DNA from: an uncultured cyanobacterium
Lineage (GTDB): Bacteria > Cyanobacteriota > Cyanobacteriia > PCC-9006 > JAAUQQ01
DNA length: 64,000 bases
NCBI GenBank assembly: GCA_963718615.1
Contig: OY970368.1
Span: forward strand, 5,280,001 to 5,344,000
Direction of reading: 5' to 3'
Numbering within the stretch: position 1 is the stretch's first letter; each line of letters starts with the position of its first letter. Under the pieces are notes generated by a model that searched no databases, had not been told where the DNA came from, and saw only the letters and a list, made by a program, of their open reading frames with translations. Both the position numbers and the translations under genes were made by a program. This document shows positions 10,768-20,033 of the stretch, piece by piece.

Positions 10768-13700
10768 CTAATCAACAGGACTGGGCGGATGCAGCAGCAG
10801 CACTTCTTTGAGGTAGTGGCCGGTGTAGGAGGTGGGATGGTTTGCCACAGTTTCTGGGGGGCCCGCAATGAGGATTTCGCCCCCGCGATCGCCCCCCTCC
10901 GGCCCCAAATCGATCACCCAGTCAGAACAACGGATCACATCGAGGTTATGTTCAATCACCAAAATCGAATTGCCTTTGTCCACCAACCGCTGCACCACAT
11001 CCAGTAATTTATGGACATCGTAAAACGATAGCCCGGTGGTCGGTTCGTCGATGAGATACAGGGTTTTGCCCGTGGCGCGGCGGGAGAGCTCTGTGGCCAG
11101 TTTGACCCGCTGGGCCTCGCCACCGGAGAGTGTCGGCGCGGGCTGACCCAGACGAATATAGCCCAGACCTACATCCACAAGGGTTTGTAGCCGATTGGCT
11201 GCCTGGGGAATATTTTCGCAAAAGGTACAGGCCTCTTCGACGGTCATGTTCAGCACATCGGCGATCGACTTGCCCTTATATTTCACCTGCAGCGTTTCCC
11301 GGTTGTAGCGCGCTCCCTTGCACACCTCGCACTGGACATAGACATCCGGTAAAAAATTCATCTCAATCACATTCACCCCCTGGCCCCCACAGGCTTCGCA
11401 ACGACCCCCTTTGACGTTGAACGAAAACTGGCCCGGTTTGTACCCCCGCGCCTTAGCTTCGACGGTGTTGCTAAACACATCGCGAATCACGTCGAAGGAG
11501 CCGGTGTAAGTCGCTGGATTGGAGCGGGGGGTGCGGCCAATGGGAGATTGGTCAATGACAATGACTTTGTCGATCGCCTTGATCCCGCGTAATTCTTCCA
11601 AATCCTTTGGGAAGGCAATCTTGCGGCCCAGGGAATTCTCCAGCGCCGGATGCAGCAGCTCATTCACCAGCGTCGATTTACCCGAGCCCGATACCCCGGT
11701 GACACAAACCAGCTTGCCGAGGGGAATCTCGACGGTGATATTGCGTAGATTATTACGCGTCGCACCCTGGAGGGTTAGCTTACGGCCATTGCCGGGGCGA
11801 CGGATGGCGGGGGTTTCGATTTTTTTGCGACCGGATAGATAGGCTCCAGTCAGGGACTCCTTGGCCTTGAGCAGCTTGTTCAAATCCCCTTGGGCGACAA
11901 TTTCGCCGCCGTGGATGCCCGCTCCTGGTCCAATATCCACAATGTGGTCCGCCGCTCGAATCGTGTCTTCGTCATGTTCCACGACGATCAGCGTATTGCC
12001 CAAGTCCCGCAGCTTGTGGAGGGTGTCGAGTAGGCGATCGTTATCCCGCTGATGGAGGCCAATACTGGGTTCATCGAGGACATAGAGCACGCCGGTCAGG
12101 CCCGCACCAATCTGCGTCGCCAGCCGAATGCGCTGGGCCTCGCCGCCAGAGAGGGTCATGGCCTTGCGGGACAGAGTCAGGTAATCCAAACCCACATCGA
12201 GCAAAAACTGGAGCCGAGCCCGAATCTCTCGCAGGACTAAATCCCCGATCATCATCTGCCGCTCCGATAGCAGCGGTTCTTCACGGTCTGCCTCTCCCGT
12301 CAAGCGCTGAACCTGGCGCAAACAGTCGCGAATCGAGGCGTGGGTAAAGTCCGTCACATTAAAGGGACCGATCCGCACCGCCAGGGAAGAGGGCTTGAGC
12401 CGGTGTCCCCCACAAACTTCACAGGCTTGATCGATGATGTATTTTTCGAGTTTTTGCTTATACACCTCTGACGAAGCTTCTCGGTACTGCCGCTCCAACA
12501 TCGGCAAGGCCCCTTCGTAGGGTCGCTTGTAGCCTTTTTTCTCGCGGTAGCGGGAGTCGGTTTCGATATAAATGGGTTCTTCGCTGCCGTGGATGATGAT
12601 GTGGCGTTGCTCATCCGTGAGGCTGTCCCAGGTTTGGTTGATTTCAAATCCGTAGGCTTTGCCGACGCTGTAGAGGAGCGAGAAGTAGTAGGTGTTGTCT
12701 TTGTCAGACCAGGGGGCGATCGCCGCATACACCGGCAAAGTCGGATCTGGCACAATCAGCTCTTCGGAAAACCGCCGCAGGGACCCAAGACCATGACAGT
12801 TCTCACAGGCTCCGTAGGGAGAGTTAAACGAAAATAGACGGGGCGACAGCTCCTCCATCACCGCGCCATGCTCAGGGCAAGCAAAATTCTCCGAAAAGAC
12901 AATTTCGTTCGGGAGGGTATCCTCAAGCTGGGTTTGGGATTCGGCGTCGTAGTTCCCCGCCCCCTCCGCTGCCCGCTTGCCACGCTTAGTCTCCAAAGAC
13001 ACGACCTTGTCCGCTGGAGCGGTGTCTGACGCTGGCTCAGTTCCCGCAGATTTTTCCTTCTTGCGTTTGACAATCTGGACAATGGCAATCCCATCGGAAT
13101 GTTTCAAACAGGTGGAGAGCGAGTCGACCAAGCGTTCCTGGATGTCCGGCTTCATCACCAGTCGATCCACGACGATTTCAATGTCGTGAAACTGGTTTTT
13201 ATCCAGTTCGATCGAATCGCTCAGCTCCCGCACCTCGCCATCGATCCGCACCCGTGCGAAGCCCTCGGCGGCCAGACTGGAGATTAATTTTTTGTGGGTC
13301 CCTTTTTTACCCCGCACGACAGGGGCCAGAAGCTGAAACCGGGTTTTTTCGGGCAGTTCGAGAATGCGATCGACCATTTGATCAATCGCCTGGGGCATAA
13401 TGGCGCGATCGCAATGGGGACAATGGGGCTCTCCGGCCCGACCAAACAACAGCCGCAAATAGTCATAGATCTCTGTCACTGTCCCCACCGTGGAGCGAGG
13501 GTTATGGGACGTGGACTTTTGGTCAATGGAAATCGCCGGACTTAGCCCCTCGATCGAATCCACATCGGGCTTATCCACCTGCCCGAGAAATTGCCGCGCA
13601 TAGGCACTCAGGGACTCCACATAGCGACGCTGGCCCTCCGCGAAAATCGTATCAAAGGCCAGAGAAGACTTGCCCGAACCCGAGACCCCCGTAAAGACGA

Positions 13701-13854
13701 TGAGCTGGTCGCGGGGCAGATCCAGGTGAATATTTTTGAGATTGTGTTGGCGGGCTCCGATGACGCGGATGAAGTCCCGCTGCCCCCCTTTTCTTGCAGG
13801 ATCACTTTTCTTCCGAGTCGAGTCCGATTGGGCCGACTTCGCCGACTTAGCCAT
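10768..13854 (-). CDS. uvrA: Excinuclease ABC subunit A
   Basis: [10 protein letters not shown], two GVSGSGKS P-loops, LSGGEAQR twice and zinc-finger CxxC motifs. Confidence 0.99.
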   Translation of the reverse strand: MAKSAKSAQSDSTRKKSDPARKGGQRDFIRVIGARQHNLKNIHLDLPRDQLIVFTGVSGSGKSSLAFDTIFAEGQRRYVESLSAYARQFLGQVDKPDVDSIEGLSPAISIDQKSTSHNPRSTVGTVTEIYDYLRLLFGRAGEPHCPHCDRAIMPQAIDQMVDRILELPEKTRFQLLAPVVRGKKGTHKKLISSLAAEGFARVRIDGEVRELSDSIELDKNQFHDIEIVVDRLVMKPDIQERLVDSLSTCLKHSDGIAIVQIVKRKKEKSAGTEPASDTAPADKVVSLETKRGKRAAEGAGNYDAESQTQLEDTLPNEIVFSENFACPEHGAVMEELSPRLFSFNSPYGACENCHGLGSLRRFSEELIVPDPTLPVYAAIAPWSDKDNTYYFSLLYSVGKAYGFEINQTWDSLTDEQRHIIIHGSEEPIYIETDSRYREKKGYKRPYEGALPMLERQYREASSEVYKQKLEKYIIDQACEVCGGHRLKPSSLAVRIGPFNVTDFTHASIRDCLRQVQRLTGEADREEPLLSERQMMIGDLVLREIRARLQFLLDVGLDYLTLSRKAMTLSGGEAQRIRLATQIGAGLTGVLYVLDEPSIGLHQRDNDRLLDTLHKLRDLGNTLIVVEHDEDTIRAADHIVDIGPGAGIHGGEIVAQGDLNKLLKAKESLTGAYLSGRKKIETPAIRRPGNGRKLTLQGATRNNLRNITVEIPLGKLVCVTGVSGSGKSTLVNELLHPALENSLGRKIAFPKDLEELRGIKAIDKVIVIDQSPIGRTPRSNPATYTGSFDVIRDVFSNTVEAKARGYKPGQFSFNVKGGRCEACGGQGVNVIEMNFLPDVYVQCEVCKGARYNRETLQVKYKGKSIADVLNMTVEEACTFCENIPQAANRLQTLVDVGLGYIRLGQPAPTLSGGEAQRVKLATELSRRATGKTLYLIDEPTTGLSFYDVHKLLDVVQRLVDKGNSILVIEHNLDVIRCSDWVIDLGPEGGDRGGEILIAGPPETVANHPTSYTGHYLKEVLLLHPPSPVD

Positions 13855-13937
13855 CAGGGCACCATGAAACGATCCTTAACGATTTTAAAGGGTCAGCGAA
13901 GAATTTGGGTTGGGTCCCCGCTGACTCGCTTGCCCGC

Positions 13938-14864
13938 TTACAGCCGCGTCCGCCAACGACGACGAGCCTGAGCCCCACGGGCGCGACGCGATCGCTCCTG
14001 CTTGAGGTTAACGACATAGGGCAGCGCTTGATTTGACGGGGGCCAAGTTTGATGAATCAATACCCCGAGGAGCGGTACCGTGATTCCCACAATCACAAAC
14101 CCCACCCAGGTTGCATTTTGAATAGCCGTCATCGTGGCTTGGGCGCTGCTGGCCTTGTCTCCAAACAGGTCTAAGGTAATCAACAGCGCATTGTTAAGAA
14201 CATGACAAAAAATGGGAACCAGCAGCGTCTGGGAGCGGATATAGAGCAAGGCCATCACAAGACCAAACACCACCATGCCCACCGGATTGAGGTGAAAGCA
14301 GCCAAAGATCAGCGAAGACATCAGCAAGGCGGGATAGAGACCCCACTGACTCGACCAGCGTTGCAGCAAAATGCCCCGAAAGAGCACTTCTTCGACCACC
14401 GGAGCCAACCCCACAACCACTAAAACCTTGAGGATTTGGGCTAACCAAAAGCGATCGGGAATCACCCCACTCTGGGAGGAATCTAGCATTCCCCCGGTCA
14501 ACTCTGGATTGAGTCGTGACAGCAAGCTCATCCACAGCAAAAATGCTCCTAGGGAGAAGAGCAGCAGCAGCCCAACCACCGCCACAAGCCGAGGCCAGCG
14601 TCGCAACCGGGTTTTGGGGCCGACCACCGCCGTGAGCGAAATCGAGCGGCGCTGGCAAAACCTCAGCAGCCAAGCCCCGAAGCCGCCGTAGAACAACAAA
14701 AACAGTAGGGGCCAAAACAGCTCTTCCATGGGCAAAAGCCAACCCAGCAAGAACTGCAGCAGCAGCGCAAGGACCAAACTCGCAAAAAAAATTGCTGTGG
14801 CTCCAAGGGCCACATCGCGAACCTGAAACGCCTGAAAAGGGCTCTTGATCGCCACCGAAGACAT
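13938..14864 (-). CDS. CPBP/CAAX-family intramembrane protease
   Basis: EEVLFRG, FGCFH and HVLNN motifs in a multi-TM protein. Confidence 0.9.
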   Translation of the reverse strand: MSSVAIKSPFQAFQVRDVALGATAIFFASLVLALLLQFLLGWLLPMEELFWPLLFLLFYGGFGAWLLRFCQRRSISLTAVVGPKTRLRRWPRLVAVVGLLLLFSLGAFLLWMSLLSRLNPELTGGMLDSSQSGVIPDRFWLAQILKVLVVVGLAPVVEEVLFRGILLQRWSSQWGLYPALLMSSLIFGCFHLNPVGMVVFGLVMALLYIRSQTLLVPIFCHVLNNALLITLDLFGDKASSAQATMTAIQNATWVGFVIVGITVPLLGVLIHQTWPPSNQALPYVVNLKQERSRRARGAQARRRWRTRL

Positions 14865-14970
14865 AGGGAAAGATGCGGAGCTCCCAGACAGAGGACAAAC
14901 AATCAAAGGGGTAGCTGCACCATCGCCCTCGTCAGTTTTGGCTGGAGATAGGGGGCCAGACTGAGAGGCG

Positions 14971-15276
14971 TTACATCATACGTTGCTGTTCTTCTAGCAG
15001 ATCCATGAGATCTCTCTGACACTGTAAGGGTACCAGGTCTGCAAGGGAAATTTCGTTTCGTCCTCCGCCAATTTTGATAGGAAAGTCTTTCAACACCGCT
15101 TGAACGGCATCGGCACTCAGGCGCTTTTCTTCTAACAACCGGTAGAGCGGCTCGGCCAAAGCCGTATGGAGCTTGGCATCTTTGAGGTACAGATGCCATT
15201 TGGCAACATCTAAATAGACGACACCACCAATTTCGGCGGCGAAGGATTCAATAAACTCGGCATTGTGCTTAGCCAT
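14971..15276 (-). CDS. DUF3181 family protein
   Basis: AAEIG..VYLDVAKWHLYL.DAKL...IGGG...L.DLVP is a cyanobacterial/plastid family signature. The start is taken at MAKHN. Confidence 0.85.
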   Translation of the reverse strand: MAKHNAEFIESFAAEIGGVVYLDVAKWHLYLKDAKLHTALAEPLYRLLEEKRLSADAVQAVLKDFPIKIGGGRNEISLADLVPLQCQRDLMDLLEEQQRMM

Positions 15277-15302
15277 AGAACTTCTCCCAGAGAAAATGAG
15301 GT

Positions 15303-15554
15303 TTAGGGGGAGGGCTTCTGGGGGGAATAGTTGGCGATCGCAAACACATACAACCCATGGGCTGCTAGCGCCAGCGCCCATCCCCCCGAAACCCAGCTGA
15401 GGTGCTGCCAAGGATGAGATAGATTTTGAAAAAACCAGAGTCCCGAATTCACCGCAGCAAACAGGGCTACATGAACGGCAAAATTCATGATGTCTTCCAA
15501 GCGGCGGAATTCTAAATCGGCACGATCGGGTTTACGGGGCCAACGGGGAGGCAT
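15303..15554 (-). CDS. 2TM domain-containing protein
   Basis: MPPRWPRKPDR..D..FRRLED.MNFAVHVA.FAAVNSGLWF with two TM segments. Confidence 0.85.
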   Translation of the reverse strand: MPPRWPRKPDRADLEFRRLEDIMNFAVHVALFAAVNSGLWFFQNLSHPWQHLSWVSGGWALALAAHGLYVFAIANYSPQKPSP

Positions 15555-15908
15555 AGACAATCCAGATCCACTACGGCCCTATTTTCCTATGAAGCGGCCC
15601 TCTTGTCGGGTCGTCTAGGCAAATGGCCTGCCTTCCAAACGGCCCCGGACTATATAGCCCCGGACTATTGGGCGACACACATAATATTCACGGTTTCTCT
15701 ATATTGTTCGCATCCTTCAACGGAAAGATTGTTGTTCCCTTCGCCACATGGCTGAAAAGAGAACCCAGATTTTCAAGAAGCCCTGACGCCTGAAAAACCT
15801 ACGGGCAAAGAATCATCAAAATTGTGAAGAGTTCCCAAAGCTTGGGCAGATCCACGGACGAGACCCGAGTCATCACTATAGAATGCCTTAGACAGCTATT
15901 TTCACGGC

Positions 15909-16553
15909 ATGGGCAGTCATACACCCCGACTCAAGTGGGCAATGACTCCCTGGACGTACTCCGGGAATTTGCCTAGGGTGGTCTCGGCTTCAGTCTTGAG
16001 GGTTAGAGGAATTTCGGTGAGTATCACACACCTGCGGCGAAAAAAGAAACGCTTCTGGAACTCCCATTTGGCGATCGCGGTTTTTCCTTCCGCATCCACC
16101 GCCTTTATGGCCTATCGTTTGCTTCACTACCACGGGGTTTCCCCAGAAAATCTCGCCCTAGTGGGAGATGGTTATAGCAAGCCAGAAACAGTTGGCCTGA
16201 CGGAGTCCAGAGGAATGCTACGGCGGCGTGCCAAGGGGTTTGCCTTTGCGGGTAGCTTGTTGGCTTCTGCCCTAAGCTTTTCCGTGGCAGGGCTCTTGCA
16301 TGCCAGCTCAACCTTTAATCTTTCTCTGGTGCTTTTATTCGTTGTGCCAGCCGCTGCTGCCCTTGGGGCCTGCTTGGGCGTATTTTCTGCTTGGCTTGCC
16401 CATCGATTTGGCGAACTCGGGCGTCTGAGTATCTATCGGCACCACCTCCATCAGGGGCATTATCTGCTCATGATTGAAGGAACCGAGAAAATTGTGCGTT
16501 TAAGTCAAGAAGTCCTCGGTCAATACGCGGCTCCTCGGTCCCAAAGTCGTTAG
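15909..16553 (+). CDS. Hypothetical membrane protein
   Basis: Long ORF with two hydrophobic segments and a YRHHLHQGHYLLMIEG end, as in general-stress-like membrane proteins. The start is uncertain. Confidence 0.7.
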   Translation: MGSHTPRLKWAMTPWTYSGNLPRVVSASVLRVRGISVSITHLRRKKKRFWNSHLAIAVFPSASTAFMAYRLLHYHGVSPENLALVGDGYSKPETVGLTESRGMLRRRAKGFAFAGSLLASALSFSVAGLLHASSTFNLSLVLLFVVPAAAALGACLGVFSAWLAHRFGELGRLSIYRHHLHQGHYLLMIEGTEKIVRLSQEVLGQYAAPRSQSR

Positions 16554-16558
16554 GCTGC

Positions 16559-16654
16559 CTAGAAAGCACCAATGAAGAACAGCAATGTCAGACCACCGAT
16601 GAATCCTAGGGCGATCGCCCCAATCGTGTCATAGGGTGCGTGGTTTACTCCCAT
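16559..16654 (-). CDS. Candidate 31-aa single-TM microprotein MGVNHAPYDTIGAIALGFIGGLTLLFFIGAF
   Basis: ATG to TAG open frame below the ORF-track cutoff. It has a continuous hydrophobic helix, an AT-rich upstream region, and its stop lies 5 nt from the convergent gene's stop. Confidence 0.5.
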   Translation of the reverse strand: MGVNHAPYDTIGAIALGFIGGLTLLFFIGAF

Positions 16655-16962
16655 TGATCTCAATTTGAAAACGGGTATAAATTAACAATAGATTGACAAT
16701 AGATCGATAACTGGATTGATATTTAGCATTAAAAATTCGTCTTATTTAATCTCTTTTGTTTAGAATGGTTATGCTAAAAAGTTGAGTCTCTGGCTCATTG
16801 GAACAGTTTGAGCAGAGCGAGCCATAGCCAACGTCAGGGTGGGGATGCGTAATAACAAACCATCGCTTTGTGGTTTTCCCCGCTCGAATCATTCCTGCGA
16901 TCCTGCTACAGTGAACCAAGACTCATACAACTCAGGGATTTTGCGCAATCGAGCGAGGAACA

Positions 16963-17379
16963 ATGGCAGATCAAAATCATCAGTACGACGTTCAAAAAAC
17001 TGAAGCAGAATGGCGGGAGCAGCTTTCGCCCGAGGCCTTTCGGGTCCTGCGAAAACACGGCACAGAGCGTGCATTTACGAGTCCGCTGGACAAAATCTAT
17101 GAGCCGGGGCTGTATGCTTGCGCCGGTTGTGGACAACCCCTCTTTGATGCCGAAACCAAGTTTAATAGCGGTACAGGCTGGCCGAGTTTTTATGCACCCC
17201 TGAGCGAAGAGGCCATTGGCACAACAACCGATCGCTCCTTTTTTATGGTACGAACGGAGGTCCATTGCAGCCGTTGTGGGGGCCACTTGGGGCATGTCTT
17301 CGAAGATGGACCCAAACCTACCGGATTACGCTACTGCATGAATGGGATCTCAATGACCTTTGAGCCCCGTCCCGAATAG
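16963..17379 (+). CDS. msrB: Peptide-methionine (R)-S-oxide reductase
   Basis: GTERAFT, CAGCG, SGTGWPSF, CGGHLGHVFEDGP and RYCMN motifs. Confidence 0.98.
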   Translation: MADQNHQYDVQKTEAEWREQLSPEAFRVLRKHGTERAFTSPLDKIYEPGLYACAGCGQPLFDAETKFNSGTGWPSFYAPLSEEAIGTTTDRSFFMVRTEVHCSRCGGHLGHVFEDGPKPTGLRYCMNGISMTFEPRPE

Positions 17380-17393
17380 ACTCTTTTGGTCAT

Positions 17394-17438
17394 AAAACCC
17401 AATCTCGCCGGAGTAACGACCGCATGGGATTGGGTTTT
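17394..17438. terminator. Probable bidirectional terminator hairpin
   Basis: AAAACCCAATCTC...GGGATTGGGTTTT between convergent msrB and SDR genes. Confidence 0.65.
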
Positions 17439-17465
17439 GTTTGGTCAACTGTCAGTGCGCATCTT

Positions 17466-18230
17466 CTACTGGGCCGTCATGCCGCCATCGGCGGTAATAA
17501 TCGAGCCAGTCATAAAAGAGGCTTCATCGGAAGCCAAAAACAGAGCCAAATGGCTGATTTCACGGGGCTGACCGGGCCGTCCAATCGGTTGAAATAAATC
17601 CATCGAAGCGTAGACCTGATCGAGGCCACCCAATAATTCGGCATGGGCATAGTTAATAGGCGTATCGACCCAGCCAGGGCAAATGCAGTTGCAGCGAATT
17701 CCTTGCTTGGCGTAATCGAGGGCAATGCCCCGCGTTAGCATGACGATGCCGCCCTTAGAGGCAGAGTAGACGCTCAGAAAGGGCTCAGAGACCAGACCGT
17801 TGACACTGGAAATGTTGACGATGGAGCCTCCCCCTTGCTGGAGCATAGAGGGAATCGCGGCGCGACTACCGTAAATGGAGCCTTTAAGATTGACATTTAA
17901 GGTGCGATCGATCTCGGCATTGCTGACTTCATGAAAGACGCCCGGCAGATTGACCCCGGCGTTATTCACGAGGACATCAATCCGGCCATACTGGTCTACA
18001 CAGGCTTGAACGAAGGCTTCTACTTGCTCCGGATCGGCCACATCGGCAGTGAAGGCGAAGGCTGTAGATCCGGCCTGTTGAATCCGCTGGGCGGTGGCGC
18101 TCGCGGCTTCTGTGTTGATGTCTACACAAACGACTTTCCCCCCTTCTTCGGCTAGCCGTTCGGCGATCGCCTGACCAATCCCTGACCCGGCTCCCGTTAC
18201 GACACAGGCTTTATCCTGCACTCTTCCCAT
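17466..18230 (-). CDS. SDR-family NAD(P)-dependent oxidoreductase
   Basis: TGAGSGIG, NNAG, YSASK and ICPGWVDT motifs. Confidence 0.95.
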   Translation of the reverse strand: MGRVQDKACVVTGAGSGIGQAIAERLAEEGGKVVCVDINTEAASATAQRIQQAGSTAFAFTADVADPEQVEAFVQACVDQYGRIDVLVNNAGVNLPGVFHEVSNAEIDRTLNVNLKGSIYGSRAAIPSMLQQGGGSIVNISSVNGLVSEPFLSVYSASKGGIVMLTRGIALDYAKQGIRCNCICPGWVDTPINYAHAELLGGLDQVYASMDLFQPIGRPGQPREISHLALFLASDEASFMTGSIITADGGMTAQ

Positions 18231-18272
18231 ATAAAGACCTCACAAGGATTTCGCTTTCCGCTTGTATTTATA

Positions 18273-19244
18273 TCATCGGGCTTTTTGCACAGCCAATCCA
18301 TCACACTGACCCGACTTAAAAATTCTACTGGCAGAACTCAAACAGGCTTGAGTGGCTGAATGCTTGTCCAAAACAATCTGATATTGAACCGAGTCTCCAC
18401 CATTCAGCACTTGGGGAGCCAATCGGGTTCCTTCAACACCGTCAGTAACCTCTAATAATGCCTCAAGGGTAAATGTTTCACCGACCTTTGCCTGAAAGGA
18501 ATAGACCCACTCGCCCTCTCCTAGTTTCTCTTCTTCTACCTGAGGAATAATGGCTTTAGCCTGAGCGAGCTCGGGCTCGACTTTCGGCGGGGTTGCCTTA
18601 GCGAGGGAAAAGCTCAGATCGGGAATGGCTGCTCGGTTAATATAGGTTGTCGATCGAACCTGATAGTGAGCATAGTCCGTTAGCGGATTACCAAAGCCAC
18701 CCATCTCACGCTTGAGTTGGATGGTGACAGGGGTTCCCATCGGCAAGTGATCAGACGTAATTGAAATTGTATCTCCCCACAGTAAACGGACAGAGGCTTT
18801 TGCTGAGGCATCGTCCTGAAGGGCATTGATTTGCATGAGCTCTGTTTTCTCTAGAAAACCAATGCGGAGGTGATCAATTCGATGAATAGAATTTACGAAA
18901 TTCCCATCCCGATTATCAATATTCTTTTCATCAAGATTTGGCCAATTTTGCCGCAGATTGAGGCTAGCTAGTCCTGGAAAGAGTCGATCGGCAAATTCGG
19001 GTGTAGCTACCGTTTGATTACCTAATTTAGCCCTATTACTTCTGTTGTAGCCAGTGTAATAGTCTGCGGATTGACATTGAGACTGGCAGAACGCAAATTT
19101 AGGGCGATCGCCAACCCGAATTTCAGTATCAACTTCTGTCGCTTGGGCCTTAGAACTAACGGCAAATCCTGGCAGATCTGTTCCAAGTCCGAACACCAGC
19201 ATTAGCAAAGACAAAGACTGATAAGTCCAGCGTTGGCGGCTCAC
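18273..19244 (-). CDS. Secreted hypothetical protein
   Basis: 323-aa ORF with a signal-peptide-like N-terminus and Cys pairs near both ends. No family recognised. Confidence 0.7.
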   Translation of the reverse strand: MSRQRWTYQSLSLLMLVFGLGTDLPGFAVSSKAQATEVDTEIRVGDRPKFAFCQSQCQSADYYTGYNRSNRAKLGNQTVATPEFADRLFPGLASLNLRQNWPNLDEKNIDNRDGNFVNSIHRIDHLRIGFLEKTELMQINALQDDASAKASVRLLWGDTISITSDHLPMGTPVTIQLKREMGGFGNPLTDYAHYQVRSTTYINRAAIPDLSFSLAKATPPKVEPELAQAKAIIPQVEEEKLGEGEWVYSFQAKVGETFTLEALLEVTDGVEGTRLAPQVLNGGDSVQYQIVLDKHSATQACLSSASRIFKSGQCDGLAVQKAR

Positions 19245-19760
19245 GAGTAATCTAAATCTCCTAGTACAGGATTGTAGTGATCAGTCGTAGAAAACCCCTG
19301 TCCCTAATGCAAAGCAAAATCAACCCGCAGAGATACTAATAATGCTCTTGTTGTATGTTTTCTCTGTCGTACAAGACTAGATAGTCACATAACGTAATCT
19401 GCTTCGCTGCACGATTGTTTGCATCGCGATTGTCATATAGGTATGGTTCCCCATAGCCAAGCCTGTCATACCACTTTGGGATGAGGTTCGCCATTAAAAC
19501 ATAGGTTTAATGCATCTCTATAGTTAGAATCTATATGAAAACAAATGGATAATTTTCTAGCATAGAAAAACGAACTCCATTGGTTTCTAACTTTCATCTC
19601 TATCTATTGCCTCTCTAATATGAGAATTAATCAAAATTCGAGTTATATTCTGACCAAAAATTGATCTCATATGATATCAGTCGAAAATCTCCTTTATGGA
19701 AAGAGTAAAACTGGAATTTAATCCATAATCTTGAAATGAATTTCTTCTGTATTTTTGCAG

Positions 19761-19786
19761 AAAACCAATGGATTACCATTGGTTTT
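19761..19786. promoter_or_regulatory. Perfect inverted repeat (operator-like) in the divergent promoter region upstream of the NRPS-like gene
   Basis: AAAACCAATGG-ATTA-CCATTGGTTTT; related half-sites at 19537-19549 and 19576-19587. Confidence 0.5.
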
Positions 19787-20033
19787 TTCAGTGTTAATAG
19801 CTATTCCTTTTACCTGAGATTTATCATATTCAATTTTGTTTATTCATAGTTTGCGGATTGGGTAGTCTAGCTTCTGTATGTGGAGATAAGGAAAAAAGAT
19901 TGTGCCATCTGTTGTATGGCTGAAGCCCCCTCACCACAAAAGCATACTTTTCCATTTCAAGTCTTTGAGGTCTAAAGTCTTGGCTTAGCACAGTCTCATT
20001 TTTCTCTCATTAGGCGACATCTGGTACGAACCC

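Noticed and set aside
10686-10868. N-terminal extension of the LysR ORF
   Set aside because: Overlaps the end of uvrA and a low-complexity spacer; the HTH begins at MDKF (10685).
14194-14898. 234-aa alternative-frame ORF within the CPBP protease gene
   Set aside because: Same-strand overlap with a well-supported gene and no protein-like features.
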